Translations under genes and position numbers: made by a program
Notes under the pieces: model-generated
Database searches by the model: none
The model's input: the letters and a program-made list of their open reading frames with translations, nothing else
What the model was told of the DNA's origin: nothing
Shown here: piece after piece, positions 8,201 through 18,044 of the stretch
How the letters are laid out: every line of letters begins with the position of its first letter
How positions within the stretch are numbered: position 1 is the stretch's first letter
Sequence record: JPID01000002.1
Direction: 5' to 3' (one strand)
DNA length: 32,000 nt

Positions 8201-8587
8201 ATGACAAAGCTTCACGAAGTTGTTGAAAATATTAAATCTGGAACAATTCGATCAGATATTCCAGAAATCAAAATTGGAGATTTAGTACGCGTTGGGGTAG
8301 CAATTCAAGAAGGAAATAAAGAACGTATTCAACCTTTTGAAGGCACTGTAATATCCCGTCATTTAGCTGGTTCAGAAAGTAGTATTACAATTCGAAAAAC
8401 ATTGCAGGGTATTGGCGTTGAACGTGTATTTCCATTACATGCGCCATGTTTAAAAAGTATTGAAGTATTGCGTCGTGCTGAAGTTGCCCGTGCTAAACTA
8501 TATTATTTACGTAATAGAACTGGAAAAGCAACACGTTTAAAACAAAAGTTTGAAACTTTACCAAAACCTTGGAAAACTGACAATTAA
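8201..8587 (+). CDS. rpl19: Ribosomal protein L19
   Basis: 128-aa ORF with the L19 core: IPEIKIGDLVRVGVAIQEGNKERIQPFEGTVISRH...ITIRK...GVERVFPLHAP. Confidence 0.93.
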   Translation: MTKLHEVVENIKSGTIRSDIPEIKIGDLVRVGVAIQEGNKERIQPFEGTVISRHLAGSESSITIRKTLQGIGVERVFPLHAPCLKSIEVLRRAEVARAKLYYLRNRTGKATRLKQKFETLPKPWKTDN

Positions 8588-8599
8588 TCAAATTTTTTT

Positions 8600-9142
8600 A
8601 TGAAAAAATCACTTTATTATACAGTACCAGGTGCAAGACGATTAAGTAATTATATTTGGGGTACTATTTTAACAATTGGTGGTCTTGGTTTTTTATTAAC
8701 GGGTTTATCGTGTTATTTAAATTATGCAATTTTACCTTTTATTAATATACAAACAATTCAATTTTTTCCTCAAGGATTAGTAATGTCCTTTTATGGAATT
8801 CTTGGTTTATCTCTAAGTATTTATATTTGGTTAATTATTTTATGGGATTTAGGCCAAGGGTATAATGAATTTAATCTTGAAACCGGTGAAATACAAATTT
8901 TTCGATGGGGCTTTCCAGGTAAAAATAGACGTATTAATCTAAAATACCTAATTAGTGAGGTACAAAGTATTCGAGTTGAGATTAAAGAAGGAATTAACCC
9001 TAGACGAGTGATTTATTTAAAATTACGTGGTAATCGTGAAATCCCATTAACAAGAGCAGGCCAACCAATTAGTATTCAAGAACTTGAAAACCAAGCAGCA
9101 GAATTGGCTCGTGTATTACAAGTGTCATTAGAAGGAATTTAA
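8600..9142 (+). CDS. ycf4: Photosystem I assembly protein Ycf4
   Basis: 180-aa ORF with GARRLSNYIWGTILTIGGLGFLLTGLSCYL and FFPQGLVMSFYGILGL, the two-TM Ycf4 signature. Confidence 0.93.
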   Translation: MKKSLYYTVPGARRLSNYIWGTILTIGGLGFLLTGLSCYLNYAILPFINIQTIQFFPQGLVMSFYGILGLSLSIYIWLIILWDLGQGYNEFNLETGEIQIFRWGFPGKNRRINLKYLISEVQSIRVEIKEGINPRRVIYLKLRGNREIPLTRAGQPISIQELENQAAELARVLQVSLEGI

Positions 9143-9161
9143 TATTTTTAAAAATCAATTT

Positions 9162-9992
9162 ATGGCAAAACGAGCAATTGAACAAACTGGTTTAATCCCA
9201 AGATCGATTATTCGAACTTTTGAAAGATTTAAAAAACAACTTTTTCCTGGTGTTGAGATGTTAGTCATTCAAGAGTTTCGAATATCACGATATCAAGTTA
9301 TTGTTTCTCTTCAAGCTTTATTTTTCTTAATTTTTATTCCCATTTTTATAAATTTTATTTCAAAACATTTCATTATTACTCCATTTGTAAAATATATTTG
9401 GAATAAAAATAATGTAGATATATTCTTAAATATTCAACAACAACAATTAGCATTAAATGAATTAAAAGAATTTGAAGAAATACTGTATTTTGAAAGTTTA
9501 TTAAGCAATCAAAATTTTGGGGAAAATATATCTCAATTAACAAATTTAGATTTACAAAACTCAATTCATAAAAAAACAATTGAAATTGCATTAACTTATA
9601 ATGAAGAAAGTATTCAAGCAATTAGTAATTTATTTTCAGATTTTTTAAGTTTAAGTAGTTTAGCAATTGTTTTTGTACTAATAAAAACTCAATTAATTAT
9701 TCTTAAATCATTTTTAGCTGAATCATTATATAGTTTAAGTGATACAACTAAATCATTTTTATTAATTTTAAGTACAGATTTATTAGTTGGGTTTCATTCA
9801 CCACGAGGATGGGAAGTTTTCTTAAAATGGGTTTTTTATCATTTTGGTGTTCCAGAAAATGAAGAATTTATGTCATTATTTGTTGCAACATTTCCAGTAT
9901 TTTTAGACACTATTTTTAAATATTGGATTTTTAGATCATTAAATAAAATATCACCATCGACAGTTGCAACCTATCATAATATGATTGAATAA
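9162..9992 (+). CDS. cemA: Chloroplast envelope membrane protein (Ycf10/CemA)
   Basis: 276-aa ORF. The C-terminal part, LVGFHSPRGWEVFL...FPVFLDTIFKYWIFRSLNKISPSTVATYHNMIE, matches the conserved CemA C-terminus. It follows ycf4, as in many plastomes. Confidence 0.92.
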   Translation: MAKRAIEQTGLIPRSIIRTFERFKKQLFPGVEMLVIQEFRISRYQVIVSLQALFFLIFIPIFINFISKHFIITPFVKYIWNKNNVDIFLNIQQQQLALNELKEFEEILYFESLLSNQNFGENISQLTNLDLQNSIHKKTIEIALTYNEESIQAISNLFSDFLSLSSLAIVFVLIKTQLIILKSFLAESLYSLSDTTKSFLLILSTDLLVGFHSPRGWEVFLKWVFYHFGVPENEEFMSLFVATFPVFLDTIFKYWIFRSLNKISPSTVATYHNMIE

Positions 9993-10022
9993 TTCGAACA
10001 AAAATACAGTTTTGTTCGAATT
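9991..10022 (+). terminator. Stem-loop at the cemA 3' end
   Basis: 13-bp perfect stem, AATTCGAACAAAA / TTTTGTTCGAATT, with a 6-nt loop. It overlaps the cemA stop codon. Confidence 0.55.
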
Positions 10023-10166
10023 TGGGAAATCATTTTAAACTTTAAATTATAATTACGAACTATTAAATTTATACAACTTATGTTTATATTTATAATGATG
10101 ATTCTAAATAAATTTATTTATTAAATTTAAATAAATAAATTAAATATTCAAATACATTTATATTTT

Positions 10167-10427
10167 ATGATGCTAGACTTGGTGAAATATCCAGTAATTC
10201 GCACTGAAAAATCTACACGTTTAATTGAAAATAACCAATTTAGCTTTGATGTAGATATGCGTCTTACAAAACCACAAATTAAAAAATTAATTGAAGATTT
10301 TTTTGATGTTAAAGTACTGGCAGTTAATACACATCGACCTCCACGTAAATTTAAACGAATGGGGGCTAAATCAAATTATAAACGTGTAATTATAACTGTT
10401 GATGCAAATGATAGCTTATTAAAATAA
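10167..10427 (+). CDS. rpl23: Ribosomal protein L23
   Basis: 86-aa [58 protein letters not shown]. It is the first gene of the S10-like cluster. Confidence 0.93.
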   Translation: MMLDLVKYPVIRTEKSTRLIENNQFSFDVDMRLTKPQIKKLIEDFFDVKVLAVNTHRPPRKFKRMGAKSNYKRVIITVDANDSLLK

Positions 10428-10442
10428 TTTTTATTATATATT

Positions 10443-11270
10443 ATGGCAATTAGATTTTTAAAAGCTGCAACACCAGGAACACGACATGGTTCTGTCAGTG
10501 ATTTTTCTCAAATATCAAAAAAACGACCAGAGAAAAAATTAACATCTTGGTGGTCTCGTTCAAAAGGACGAAATAATAGAGGTATTATTACAACTCGACA
10601 CCGTGGTGGTGGCCATAAAAGGCTATATCGAAAAATCGATTTTGCAAGAACTAAAGTAGGTGTGAATGCAAAAGTCGTTAGTATTGAATACGATCCAAAC
10701 CGTAATGCTCGTATTGCATTATTACATTATCCAGATGGAGAAAAACGTTATATTTTACATCCAATTGGATTAAATATTGGCGATACAATTACTGCATCAC
10801 CAGATGCTACTATTACAATTGGTAATTGTTTACCATTAAAAAATATTCCATTAGGAACAGATGTTCATAATATTGAATTACAACCTGGTGGGGGAGGACA
10901 ATTAGTACGTGCAGCAGGAACAGTTGCACAAGTTGTTGCAAAAGAAAATAGTTGGGTTACTTTACGTTTACCATCTGGTGAAGTTAGGTTAATTTCCGAA
11001 AATTGCTGGGCAACAATTGGGCGTGTCGGAAATATCGATTTTTCTAATTTAACATTAGGTAAAGCTGGCCGCCGTCGTTGGTTAGGATATAGACCACATG
11101 TACGTGGATCAGCAATGAACCCAGTTGATCACCCACATGGTGGTGGTGAAGGTCGTGCTCCAATTGGTCGTTCACGTCCAGTAAGTCCATGGGGTAAACC
11201 AGCATTAGGAGCAAAGACTCGTAAACCAAAAAAATGGAGTACAAAATATATTGTACAAAAACGTAAATAA
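10443..11270 (+). CDS. rpl2: Ribosomal protein L2 (no intron)
   Basis: 275-aa ORF with [30 protein letters not shown] and [14 protein letters not shown]. Confidence 0.98.
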   Translation: MAIRFLKAATPGTRHGSVSDFSQISKKRPEKKLTSWWSRSKGRNNRGIITTRHRGGGHKRLYRKIDFARTKVGVNAKVVSIEYDPNRNARIALLHYPDGEKRYILHPIGLNIGDTITASPDATITIGNCLPLKNIPLGTDVHNIELQPGGGGQLVRAAGTVAQVVAKENSWVTLRLPSGEVRLISENCWATIGRVGNIDFSNLTLGKAGRRRWLGYRPHVRGSAMNPVDHPHGGGEGRAPIGRSRPVSPWGKPALGAKTRKPKKWSTKYIVQKRK

Positions 11271-11305
11271 ATATAGTTCGATATAACTACTAAAAATTTA
11301 TTATT

Positions 11306-11584
11306 ATGGGAAGATCATTAAAAAAGGCACCATTTGTGGCTGATCATTTACTTAAAAAAATTGAACGCGCAAATGTTCAAGGTGATAAAAAAGTAATTAC
11401 AACATGGTCACGTTCCTCAACAATTGTTCCAGTTATGATTGGACATACAATTGCGGTACATAATGGACGTACACATATTCCAGTATTTATTACTGATCAA
11501 ATGGTAGGGCATAAATTAGGTGAATTTTCACCAACTCGTACATTTAAAGGTCATATTAAAAAGGATAAAAAATCAAAACGATAG
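11306..11584 (+). CDS. rps19: Ribosomal protein S19
   Basis: 92-aa [23 protein letters not shown]...[54 protein letters not shown] stop codon. Confidence 0.98.
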   Translation: MGRSLKKAPFVADHLLKKIERANVQGDKKVITTWSRSSTIVPVMIGHTIAVHNGRTHIPVFITDQMVGHKLGEFSPTRTFKGHIKKDKKSKR

Positions 11585-11590
11585 AAAATT

Positions 11591-12295
11591 ATGGGACAAA
11601 AAGTACATCCTTTAGGCTTTCGCCTTGGAATAACACAAAAGCATCAAAGTTATTGGTGTACGAACCGTGAATTATCATCGGTTTGGATTCAAGATGCTAA
11701 TTTTTTACGCAATTTCATTACAAAAAATTATTCAAAGGCTGGAATTACACGTATTGAAATTCGACGTCGTCGTTTTGGTTCATCATCATTAACTATTGAA
11801 ATTTTTGCTGCACGACCAAATTTATTTGGAAATCGTGAAACACAAAATTTAGATCAATTACGTGATTCATTAACAACTGAATTAGAACGTTTTTATCGAA
11901 AACGAAATTTAGAACAACCAACTAAATTACAAATTAGTTTATATGTAAAACCATTAGCAAACCCTGATATTTATGCACATGTTTTAGCTGACCGATTAGT
12001 TGAAGATTTAGAACAACGTAAACCATATCGTCGTTCAATGAAACAACTTGTTCAACGTGCTCGAAAAGCAGGTGTAAAAGGAATTAAAGTTCAAGTTTCT
12101 GGAAGATTGAACGGAGCTGATATTGCTCGTGCTGAAGATGTTCGCGATGGTGCTGTACCATTACAAACTTTACGTGCAAATATTGACTATTGTTCGAAAT
12201 CTGCAAAAACAATTTATGGCTTATTAGGCATTAAAATTTGGGTTTTTAATGGTGAACAATTATCAAAGTTAGATAACGTAGCAACTGAACTATAA
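11591..12295 (+). CDS. rps3: Ribosomal protein S3
   Basis: 234-aa ORF, MGQKVHPLGFRLGITQKHQSYW... and KGIKVQVSGRLNGADIARAEDVRDGAVPLQTLRANIDY. It starts 6 nt after the rps19 stop codon. Confidence 0.96.
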   Translation: MGQKVHPLGFRLGITQKHQSYWCTNRELSSVWIQDANFLRNFITKNYSKAGITRIEIRRRRFGSSSLTIEIFAARPNLFGNRETQNLDQLRDSLTTELERFYRKRNLEQPTKLQISLYVKPLANPDIYAHVLADRLVEDLEQRKPYRRSMKQLVQRARKAGVKGIKVQVSGRLNGADIARAEDVRDGAVPLQTLRANIDYCSKSAKTIYGLLGIKIWVFNGEQLSKLDNVATEL

Positions 12296-12332
12296 TTGCA
12301 ATTATCAAAATATTTAATTATTAAATTTAATT

Positions 12333-12743
12333 ATGTTAAGCCCAAAACGAACAAAATTTAGACGTCATCATCGTGGTCGTATGCGTGGCAAAGCTACACG
12401 TGGTACTACATTAGCGTTTGGTGATTATGGATTACAAACTTTAGAAAGATCATGGATTACTTCACGTCAAATTGAAGCTGCTAGACGTGCAATGACAAGA
12501 CATATTCGACGTGGCGGTAAAATTTGGATACGTTTATTTCCAGATAAACCAGTAACAATGCGAGCGGCAGAAACTCGAATGGGTTCCGGAAAAGGGACAC
12601 CAGAATATTGGGTTGCTGTTGTAAAACCTGGTAAAATTTTATACGAAATTAAAGGTGTACCAGAAACAGTTGCACGTGTTGCATTAAAATTAGCTGGTGC
12701 TAAATTACCAGTGAAAACGCGAATTCTTATTCGTACTATTTAA
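12333..12743 (+). CDS. rpl16: Ribosomal protein L16 (no intron)
   Basis: 136-aa [41 protein letters not shown]...[15 protein letters not shown]...[14 protein letters not shown]. Confidence 0.98.
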   Translation: MLSPKRTKFRRHHRGRMRGKATRGTTLAFGDYGLQTLERSWITSRQIEAARRAMTRHIRRGGKIWIRLFPDKPVTMRAAETRMGSGKGTPEYWVAVVKPGKILYEIKGVPETVARVALKLAGAKLPVKTRILIRTI

Positions 12744-12774
12744 TCAAATCGTTTAAATTAGAAAAGAAACCAAT

Positions 12775-13143
12775 ATGATTCAACCACAATCTTATCTCAA
12801 TGTTGCTGATAATTCAGGAGCAAGAGAAGTAATGTGCATTCGAGTATTAGGAAGTGGAAAAGCGAGAGCAGCAACGGTTGGCGATATTATTGTTGCTGTT
12901 GTTAAAGAAGCAAATCCTAATATGCCAATCAAAAAATCAGATATTGTTCGTGCCGTAATTGTTCGTACAAGAAAAAATGTACGACGAGCAAATGGTACAA
13001 GTATTCGATTCGACGAAAATGCAGCTGTCATTATTAATAAAGAAAATAATCCTCGTGGAACACGAGTTTTTGGCCCGGTAGCACGTGAGTTACGTGACGG
13101 CAATTTTACAAAAATTATTTCATTAGCTCCAGAAGTTATATAA
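12775..13143 (+). CDS. rpl14: Ribosomal protein L14
   Basis: 122-aa [29 protein letters not shown]...[11 protein letters not shown]. Confidence 0.98.
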   Translation: MIQPQSYLNVADNSGAREVMCIRVLGSGKARAATVGDIIVAVVKEANPNMPIKKSDIVRAVIVRTRKNVRRANGTSIRFDENAAVIINKENNPRGTRVFGPVARELRDGNFTKIISLAPEVI

Positions 13144-13155
13144 AAAAAAATTAAT

Positions 13156-13701
13156 ATGGTACAACGATTAGACAAGTTCTATCAAACAACCGTAACACCA
13201 CAATTAAAAAAACAATTTGAGTATACCAATACTCATCGAGTTCCAAAACTAGAAAAAATTGTAATTAATCGTGGTTTAGGGGATGCATCACAAAATTCTA
13301 AATTATTAGAATCGTGTTCAAATGAATTAAGTATTATTACTGGCCAACAAGGTATTACAACGCGATCAAAAAAAGCTATTGCTGGTTTTAAATTAAGACA
13401 AAAAATGCCAGTTGGATTAGTAGTAACACTACGAAAAGATCGAATGTATGCGTTTTTAGATCGCTTAATTAATTTAGCACTACCACGTATTCGCGATTTT
13501 CAAGGAATGAATCCAAAAAGTTTTGATGGAAATGGAAATTATAGTTTAGGATTAGATGAACAATTAATGTTCCCAGAAATTGATTATGATAAAATTGATC
13601 AAATTCGTGGTATGGACATTTCTATTATTACTAGTGCAAAAAATGATGAAGAAGGTTTAGCTTTATTATCAGCATTTGGTATGCCATTTAGAAAAAAATA
13701 A
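13156..13701 (+). CDS. rpl5: Ribosomal protein L5
   Basis: 181-aa ORF with [35 protein letters not shown] and [10 protein letters not shown]. Confidence 0.96.
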   Translation: MVQRLDKFYQTTVTPQLKKQFEYTNTHRVPKLEKIVINRGLGDASQNSKLLESCSNELSIITGQQGITTRSKKAIAGFKLRQKMPVGLVVTLRKDRMYAFLDRLINLALPRIRDFQGMNPKSFDGNGNYSLGLDEQLMFPEIDYDKIDQIRGMDISIITSAKNDEEGLALLSAFGMPFRKK

Positions 13702-13713
13702 ATACAAGTCAAT

Positions 13714-14124
13714 ATGGTAAATGACACAATTAGTGATATGTTAACACGTATTCGTAATGCAAATTTAGCATCGAAACAATGTGTAACAATTCCAAAGACA
13801 AATATTCATATTAATATTGCAAAAATATTAGAACAAGAAGGTTTTATTGATAGTATTGAAATGAAAGCTTCTGAATCAAATGATTTTATTTTAAATTTAA
13901 AGTATATTTCAACGGGCGAAAATAGTAATATTAAAAAACCATGTATTACAAATTTAAAACGAATTAGTACACCTGGTCTTAGAATCTATACAAATTCTAA
14001 AGATATACCACAAAGTTTTGGCGGAATGGGCATTGTTATTATCTCAACATCTCAAGGTTTAATGACTGATCGCGATGCCCGTAAAGCAAAATTAGGCGGT
14101 GAAATTCTTTGTTCCGTTTGGTAA
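13714..14124 (+). CDS. rps8: Ribosomal protein S8
   Basis: 136-aa [22 protein letters not shown]... and [33 protein letters not shown]. Confidence 0.97.
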   Translation: MVNDTISDMLTRIRNANLASKQCVTIPKTNIHINIAKILEQEGFIDSIEMKASESNDFILNLKYISTGENSNIKKPCITNLKRISTPGLRIYTNSKDIPQSFGGMGIVIISTSQGLMTDRDARKAKLGGEILCSVW

Positions 14125-14161
14125 AAAAAATAATTTTTTTTAAATTTATATAAGGAGGCCT

Positions 14162-14419
14162 TTGAATCAAAAAAATGTTGATTTAATTGAAATCGAAGGA
14201 ACAGTAACGCAATGTTTATCCAATGGTATGTTTCGTGTAAAACTTGAAAATGGTTTTTTAGTATTAGCACATGTATCAGGTAAAATTCGTCGGAATTATA
14301 TTCGAATTTTACTTGGTGACCGTGTTCTTGTTGAATTAAGCCCTTATGATTTAACACGAGGTCGAATTACTTTTAGATTGCGTCCTGGCAAAGAACAAAT
14401 AATTACAGAAGAAACTTAA
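14162..14419 (+). CDS. infA: Translation initiation factor IF-1 (apparent TTG start)
   Basis: 85-codon ORF with the IF-1 S1-fold core [61 protein letters not shown]. The frame opens only at 14144 and has no in-frame ATG before the conserved core. AAGGAGG at 14152-14158 precedes the TTG at 14162. Confidence 0.88.
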   Translation: MNQKNVDLIEIEGTVTQCLSNGMFRVKLENGFLVLAHVSGKIRRNYIRILLGDRVLVELSPYDLTRGRITFRLRPGKEQIITEET

Positions 14420-14426
14420 AACTACT

Positions 14427-14540
14427 ATGAAAGTACGTCCATCAGTTAAAAGAATGTGCGATAAATGTCGTTTAATTAAACGTAAAGGTACAATTCGTAT
14501 TATTTGTACGAATCCAAAACATAAACAACGTCAAGGTTAA
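14427..14540 (+). CDS. rpl36: Ribosomal protein L36
   Basis: 37-aa [40 protein letters not shown]. It is canonical L36 and is not in the ORF track. Confidence 0.96.
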   Translation: MKVRPSVKRMCDKCRLIKRKGTIRIICTNPKHKQRQG

Positions 14541-14572
14541 TGTTTTATTTATAAAAATATATAATTATATAT

Positions 14573-14965
14573 ATGGCAAAAAGAATCGAACGAACTGCGA
14601 AAAAGAAATTTCGTGAAAAAGTAGGGCGTGGTGTAGCACATATTCAATCTACTTTTAATAACACAATTGTAACAATTACAAATGTTAATGGAAATGTTTT
14701 AGCTTGGTCATCAGCAGGTGCTTGTGGCTTTAAAGGTGCACGTAAAAAAACACCGTTTGCAGCTAAGCAAGCTGCAGAAAATGTTGCACAAACTTGTGTT
14801 AGTCAAGGGATGAAAGAAATTGTAGTCCAAGTAAAAGGAGCAGGTGCTGGTCGTGAAGCTGCTTTACGCGGTTTATTAGATGCTGGACTATCAATTACTC
14901 GAATTCGTGATATTACTCCCATCCCACATAATGGCTGTCGTCCACCGAAAAAACGACGCATTTAA
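14573..14965 (+). CDS. rps11: Ribosomal protein S11
   Basis: 130-aa ORF with [45 protein letters not shown] and [17 protein letters not shown]. Confidence 0.98.
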   Translation: MAKRIERTAKKKFREKVGRGVAHIQSTFNNTIVTITNVNGNVLAWSSAGACGFKGARKKTPFAAKQAAENVAQTCVSQGMKEIVVQVKGAGAGREAALRGLLDAGLSITRIRDITPIPHNGCRPPKKRRI

Positions 14966-14970
14966 TTTTT

Positions 14971-15726
14971 ATGGTTGTTAATAATAAATTTATTTCATAT
15001 ATTGAATCTCGAGTTCAATCTAATAATGAATTATATGGTAGGTTTCATATTGGGAGTTTTAGTAGAGGTCAAAGTCTAACTTTTGCAAATACACTACGTA
15101 GAACTCTCTTATCTGAAATACCAGCGCTTCTTATTACAAAGGTGGAAATTGAAGATGTTTATCATGAATTTGATTCAATTGAAGCAATTCAAGAAAATGT
15201 TCTTGATGTTTTATTAAATTTTAAAAATTTAAAATTAAAATCAATCAATTCAAAATTAGTTGATCCAAATTATCCAACGCATAAATATACAGGATATATT
15301 AATTATTCAGGACCAGGTATTATTACTGCCAATGATATACATTTTCCTGAAAATGTCGTACCCGTAAATAACACACATTACATTGCGACATGTAGTAATA
15401 CAGGAACGTTTACTGCGAAATTGACAATTGAATTTTTAGATCCTAGTCGCCTCGAATCGTCAAATTTAAATGCAGTAACAAAGGAATTACTAATTCATTC
15501 AGTACCAAAACCAGTTAAACAAGTTAATTATACGATCCAAAAATTATCTAATTTCCCGGATCAAGAGTATATTTCATTAGAAATTTGGACAGATGGAAGT
15601 ATCGATCCTCATACAACTCTAACGTACATCTTAAAAAGATTAACTACTAAATTTTTTCAATTTGCTAATTTATCGGATGAACTTCAAACACCATTTGTAA
15701 CTGATAATGTAGCAAAAATAAACTAA
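14971..15726 (+). CDS. rpoA: RNA polymerase alpha subunit, N-terminal domain only (251 aa)
   Basis: It occupies the rpoA position after rps11. The motifs GQSLTFANTLRRTLLSEIPALLITKVEIEDVYHEFDSIEAIQENVLDVLLNFKNLKL and ISLEIWTDGSIDPHTTLTYILKRL align by eye with the alpha NTD. The ORF stops about 16 aa after the end of the NTD. Confidence 0.85.
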   Translation: MVVNNKFISYIESRVQSNNELYGRFHIGSFSRGQSLTFANTLRRTLLSEIPALLITKVEIEDVYHEFDSIEAIQENVLDVLLNFKNLKLKSINSKLVDPNYPTHKYTGYINYSGPGIITANDIHFPENVVPVNNTHYIATCSNTGTFTAKLTIEFLDPSRLESSNLNAVTKELLIHSVPKPVKQVNYTIQKLSNFPDQEYISLEIWTDGSIDPHTTLTYILKRLTTKFFQFANLSDELQTPFVTDNVAKIN

Positions 15727-15751
15727 CAACAGACAATCTTATAGATATATA

Positions 15752-16165
15752 ATGAACCAATCAATTGATATAACAGGTAATGTAATTAAAGCAGGCGGTC
15801 GAAAAAATGCGCAGGCTCAAGTACAACTAATCCCCGGTTCTGGTAATTCAATTCTTATTAATGGAAAATCAGCAGATACATATTTTCAACAAAATGCTGT
15901 ATATTTACAATGTATTTATACTATTTATGAAATGGTAAAAACTGAAAAAAAATATGATGCCATTATTACTGTTGAAGGTGGTGGATTAAGTGCTCAAGCT
16001 CAAGCTATTCGTTTAGCTTTATGTAAAGCTTTTAGTACTTTATTTCCAAATTTACGACCATATTTTAAAGAGCGTAAGTTTTTAACACGTGATGCTCGAA
16101 TGAAAGAACGTCGTAAATATGGTCTAAAAAAAGCTCGTAAAGCACCGCAATTTTCAAAACGATAA
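15752..16165 (+). CDS. rps9: Ribosomal protein S9
   Basis: 137-aa ORF with VEGGGLSAQAQAIRLALCKAF and a C-terminal LTRDARMKERRKYGLKKARKAPQFSKR. Confidence 0.96.
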   Translation: MNQSIDITGNVIKAGGRKNAQAQVQLIPGSGNSILINGKSADTYFQQNAVYLQCIYTIYEMVKTEKKYDAIITVEGGGLSAQAQAIRLALCKAFSTLFPNLRPYFKERKFLTRDARMKERRKYGLKKARKAPQFSKR

Positions 16166-16222
16166 TATTTTTTATTTATTTTTCAATAAACTTCTTAACT
16201 AAAAAAAAATTAAAATTTGATT

Positions 16223-16624
16223 ATGTCAACTACAACAAACGAAATCTTAGAAAAATTAAAATCAATTACTTTATTAGAAGCTGCAGAATTAGTATCACAA
16301 ATTGAAGAAACATTTGGTGTTGATGCATCGGCACCAGTTGGTGGTGGTTTTGTTGCTATGGCAGGTGATCCTGGTGCAGCAACTGGTGGTGATACAGCAG
16401 TTGAAGAAAAATCAACTTTTGATGTTGTTTTAGAAGATGTTCCAAGTGATAAACGTGTTCCCGTATTAAAAATTATTCGTAATTTAACATCATTAGATTT
16501 AAAAGAAGCAAAAGAAGCAATTACAACTTTACCAAATAGTATTATTAAAGGTGTCTCAAAAGAAGATGCTGAAGCTGCAAAACAACAATTAGAAGAAACA
16601 GGTTCAAAAGTATCAATTGCATAA
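16223..16624 (+). CDS. rpl12: Ribosomal protein L7/L12
   Basis: [38 protein letters not shown]...[33 protein letters not shown] chose the ATG at 16223. The track's start at 16217 is a TTG two codons upstream. Confidence 0.95.
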   Translation: MSTTTNEILEKLKSITLLEAAELVSQIEETFGVDASAPVGGGFVAMAGDPGAATGGDTAVEEKSTFDVVLEDVPSDKRVPVLKIIRNLTSLDLKEAKEAITTLPNSIIKGVSKEDAEAAKQQLEETGSKVSIA

Positions 16625-16636
16625 AAATATATTCTT

Positions 16637-16667
16637 TGTACTTTGATTTGATTCAAATCAAAGTACA
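16637..16667. terminator. Stem-loop between the rpl12 3' end and the trnR 3' end
   Basis: A perfect 31-nt palindrome, TGTACTTTGATTTGA-T-TCAAATCAAAGTACA, with 15-nt arms. Confidence 0.6.
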
Positions 16668-16675
16668 TAATAAAT

Positions 16676-16747
16676 TGAGCCTAGTAGGATTTGAACCTAC
16701 ATTAGAAACTTAGAAGGTTCCTGTCCTATCCATTAGACGATAGGCCC
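16676..16747 (-). tRNA. trnR(UCU): tRNA-Arg(UCU)
   Basis: The reverse complement reads GGGCCTATCGTCTAATGGATAGGACAGGAACCTTCTAAGTTTCTAATGTAGGTTCAAATCCTACTAGGCTCA. The anticodon loop is CTTCTAA, and it resembles plastid trnR(UCU). Confidence 0.92.
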
Positions 16748-16749
16748 AA

Positions 16750-16779
16750 CTAAATTTAACGATTTCTCGTTAAATTTAG
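16750..16779 (-). terminator. Stem-loop 3' of chlI
   Basis: 13-bp perfect stem, CTAAATTTAACGA / TCGTTAAATTTAG, with a 4-nt loop. It lies between the chlI stop codon and trnR. Confidence 0.55.
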
Positions 16780-16788
16780 AAAATTTAA

Positions 16789-17856
16789 TTAATCATCATA
16801 TCCAAAAACACGTTTAAAAATATCACGTACTTTGTCACCAGAATCAATTGATTCTAATGGATCTTTACGTAATCGATGACGTAAACAAAGTGGAATTACA
16901 CGATAGATATCTTCTGGTGTAACTGTTGTATGACCTTCAAATGCTGCTAATGCTTTACTAGCACGATTCGTTACTAAATCACCACGTAAACCATCTACAT
17001 CTAATTCAGAACAAATTTCAGAAATTTTTACACGATAGTCATAATTTAATTCAATTTCTGGTAATAATTTACGTGCTTCAATAATTTTATTTGCTAATTG
17101 AAGTTGCGAATCTTGGTATGAATTTCTAAATTCAAGTGGAGATGAATCAAAAATAGCACGTTGTTCTACAATTTGAACACGTAAATCTGGTTCTTTTACT
17201 GTGCCAATTTGAGCATGCATGCCAAATCGATCTAATAATTGTGGTCTAAGTTCACCTTCTTCCGGGTTACCTGATCCAACTAAAATAAATCTTGCGGGAT
17301 GGCTAATTGAAATACCTTCACGTTCTACAGTATTCCAACCTGATGCAGCAGAATCTAAAAGCACATCAACTAAATGATCATCTAATAAGTTAACTTCATC
17401 AACATATAAAATTCCACGATTCGCTTTTGCTAGCAAACCAGGTTCAAAAGATTTTACACCATCTGTTAATGCTTTTTCAATATCAATTGTTCCACAAACT
17501 CGATCTTCTGTTGCTCCTAATGGAAGATCAACCATTGTAATTTTTTTTGTTGCAGTTGGCAATGTTTCATTATTATTAATTCGATCACGAACATCTTGAC
17601 TCATTAATTCTGGATCATTTGGATCTGAATTAAATGGATCATCTGCAACAACTTCAATTTCAGGTAATAAATCGACAAGTGCACGAACAGTTGTTGATTT
17701 ACCCGTCCCACGATCGCCCATAATCATAACACCACCAATTTTAGGGTCAATAACATTTAAAATTAGTGCTAATTTCATTTCTTCTTGACCAACAATAGCG
17801 GTAAAAGGAAATACTGGACGAGCTTCTTCTAGAATATTTGGTGCTTGTGTATTCAT
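16789..17856 (-). CDS. chlI: Magnesium chelatase subunit I
   Basis: 355-aa ORF with [47 protein letters not shown] (Walker A) and [42 protein letters not shown]. Confidence 0.98.
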   Translation of the reverse strand: MNTQAPNILEEARPVFPFTAIVGQEEMKLALILNVIDPKIGGVMIMGDRGTGKSTTVRALVDLLPEIEVVADDPFNSDPNDPELMSQDVRDRINNNETLPTATKKITMVDLPLGATEDRVCGTIDIEKALTDGVKSFEPGLLAKANRGILYVDEVNLLDDHLVDVLLDSAASGWNTVEREGISISHPARFILVGSGNPEEGELRPQLLDRFGMHAQIGTVKEPDLRVQIVEQRAIFDSSPLEFRNSYQDSQLQLANKIIEARKLLPEIELNYDYRVKISEICSELDVDGLRGDLVTNRASKALAAFEGHTTVTPEDIYRVIPLCLRHRLRKDPLESIDSGDKVRDIFKRVFGYDD

Positions 17857-17898
17857 AAATACTACATTAAAAAATTGATAATTTTCTCTATTATATAC

Positions 17899-17927
17899 AG
17901 TATAATATAAAAAATTTTTTTTATCAA
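17899..17927 (-). promoter_or_regulatory. Candidate PEP promoter for chlI: TTGATA-N17-TATACT
   Basis: On the minus strand, TTGATA at 17927-17922, a 17-nt A/T spacer, then TATACT at 17904-17899. The -10 box ends 43 nt upstream of the chlI ATG. Confidence 0.5.
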
Positions 17928-18044
17928 TCTTGTAGTCATTTAATAATAATTATTATTAAGGTATAATAATATATAATATGTATTCGAGAAAAAAATTTAC
18001 ATATATCGGTGAAAAATAAGTCGATATTAAATTAGATAATTTGT

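Noticed and set aside
10111-10141. 12-bp A/T-only inverted repeat (AATTTATTTATT / AATAAATAAATT) upstream of rpl23
   Set aside because: It is pure A/T low-complexity sequence with low predicted stability, and such palindromes arise easily in AT-rich spacers.
16210-16668. 152-aa minus-strand ORF antisense to rpl12. Similar antisense ORFs lie at 12792-13175 (rpl14), 18307-18690 (petA), 7245-7790 (tufA), 1391-1666 (psbB), 30426-31379 (psbA, plus strand) and 32-214 (clpP).
   Set aside because: Each is a shadow ORF on the opposite strand of a strongly conserved gene, and the translations are compositionally odd (runs of L, Q, H). Other short track ORFs not annotated here are also alternate-frame or antisense ORFs lying inside a conserved gene or tRNA and were rejected for the same reason: 761-955, 2021-2221, 5345-5539, 9376-9621, 11044-11244, 14052-14357, 18106-18294, 18299-18547, 20269-20502, 21707-21982, 22180-22371, 26004-26276, 27039-27257, 29478-29732 and 31809-32000.
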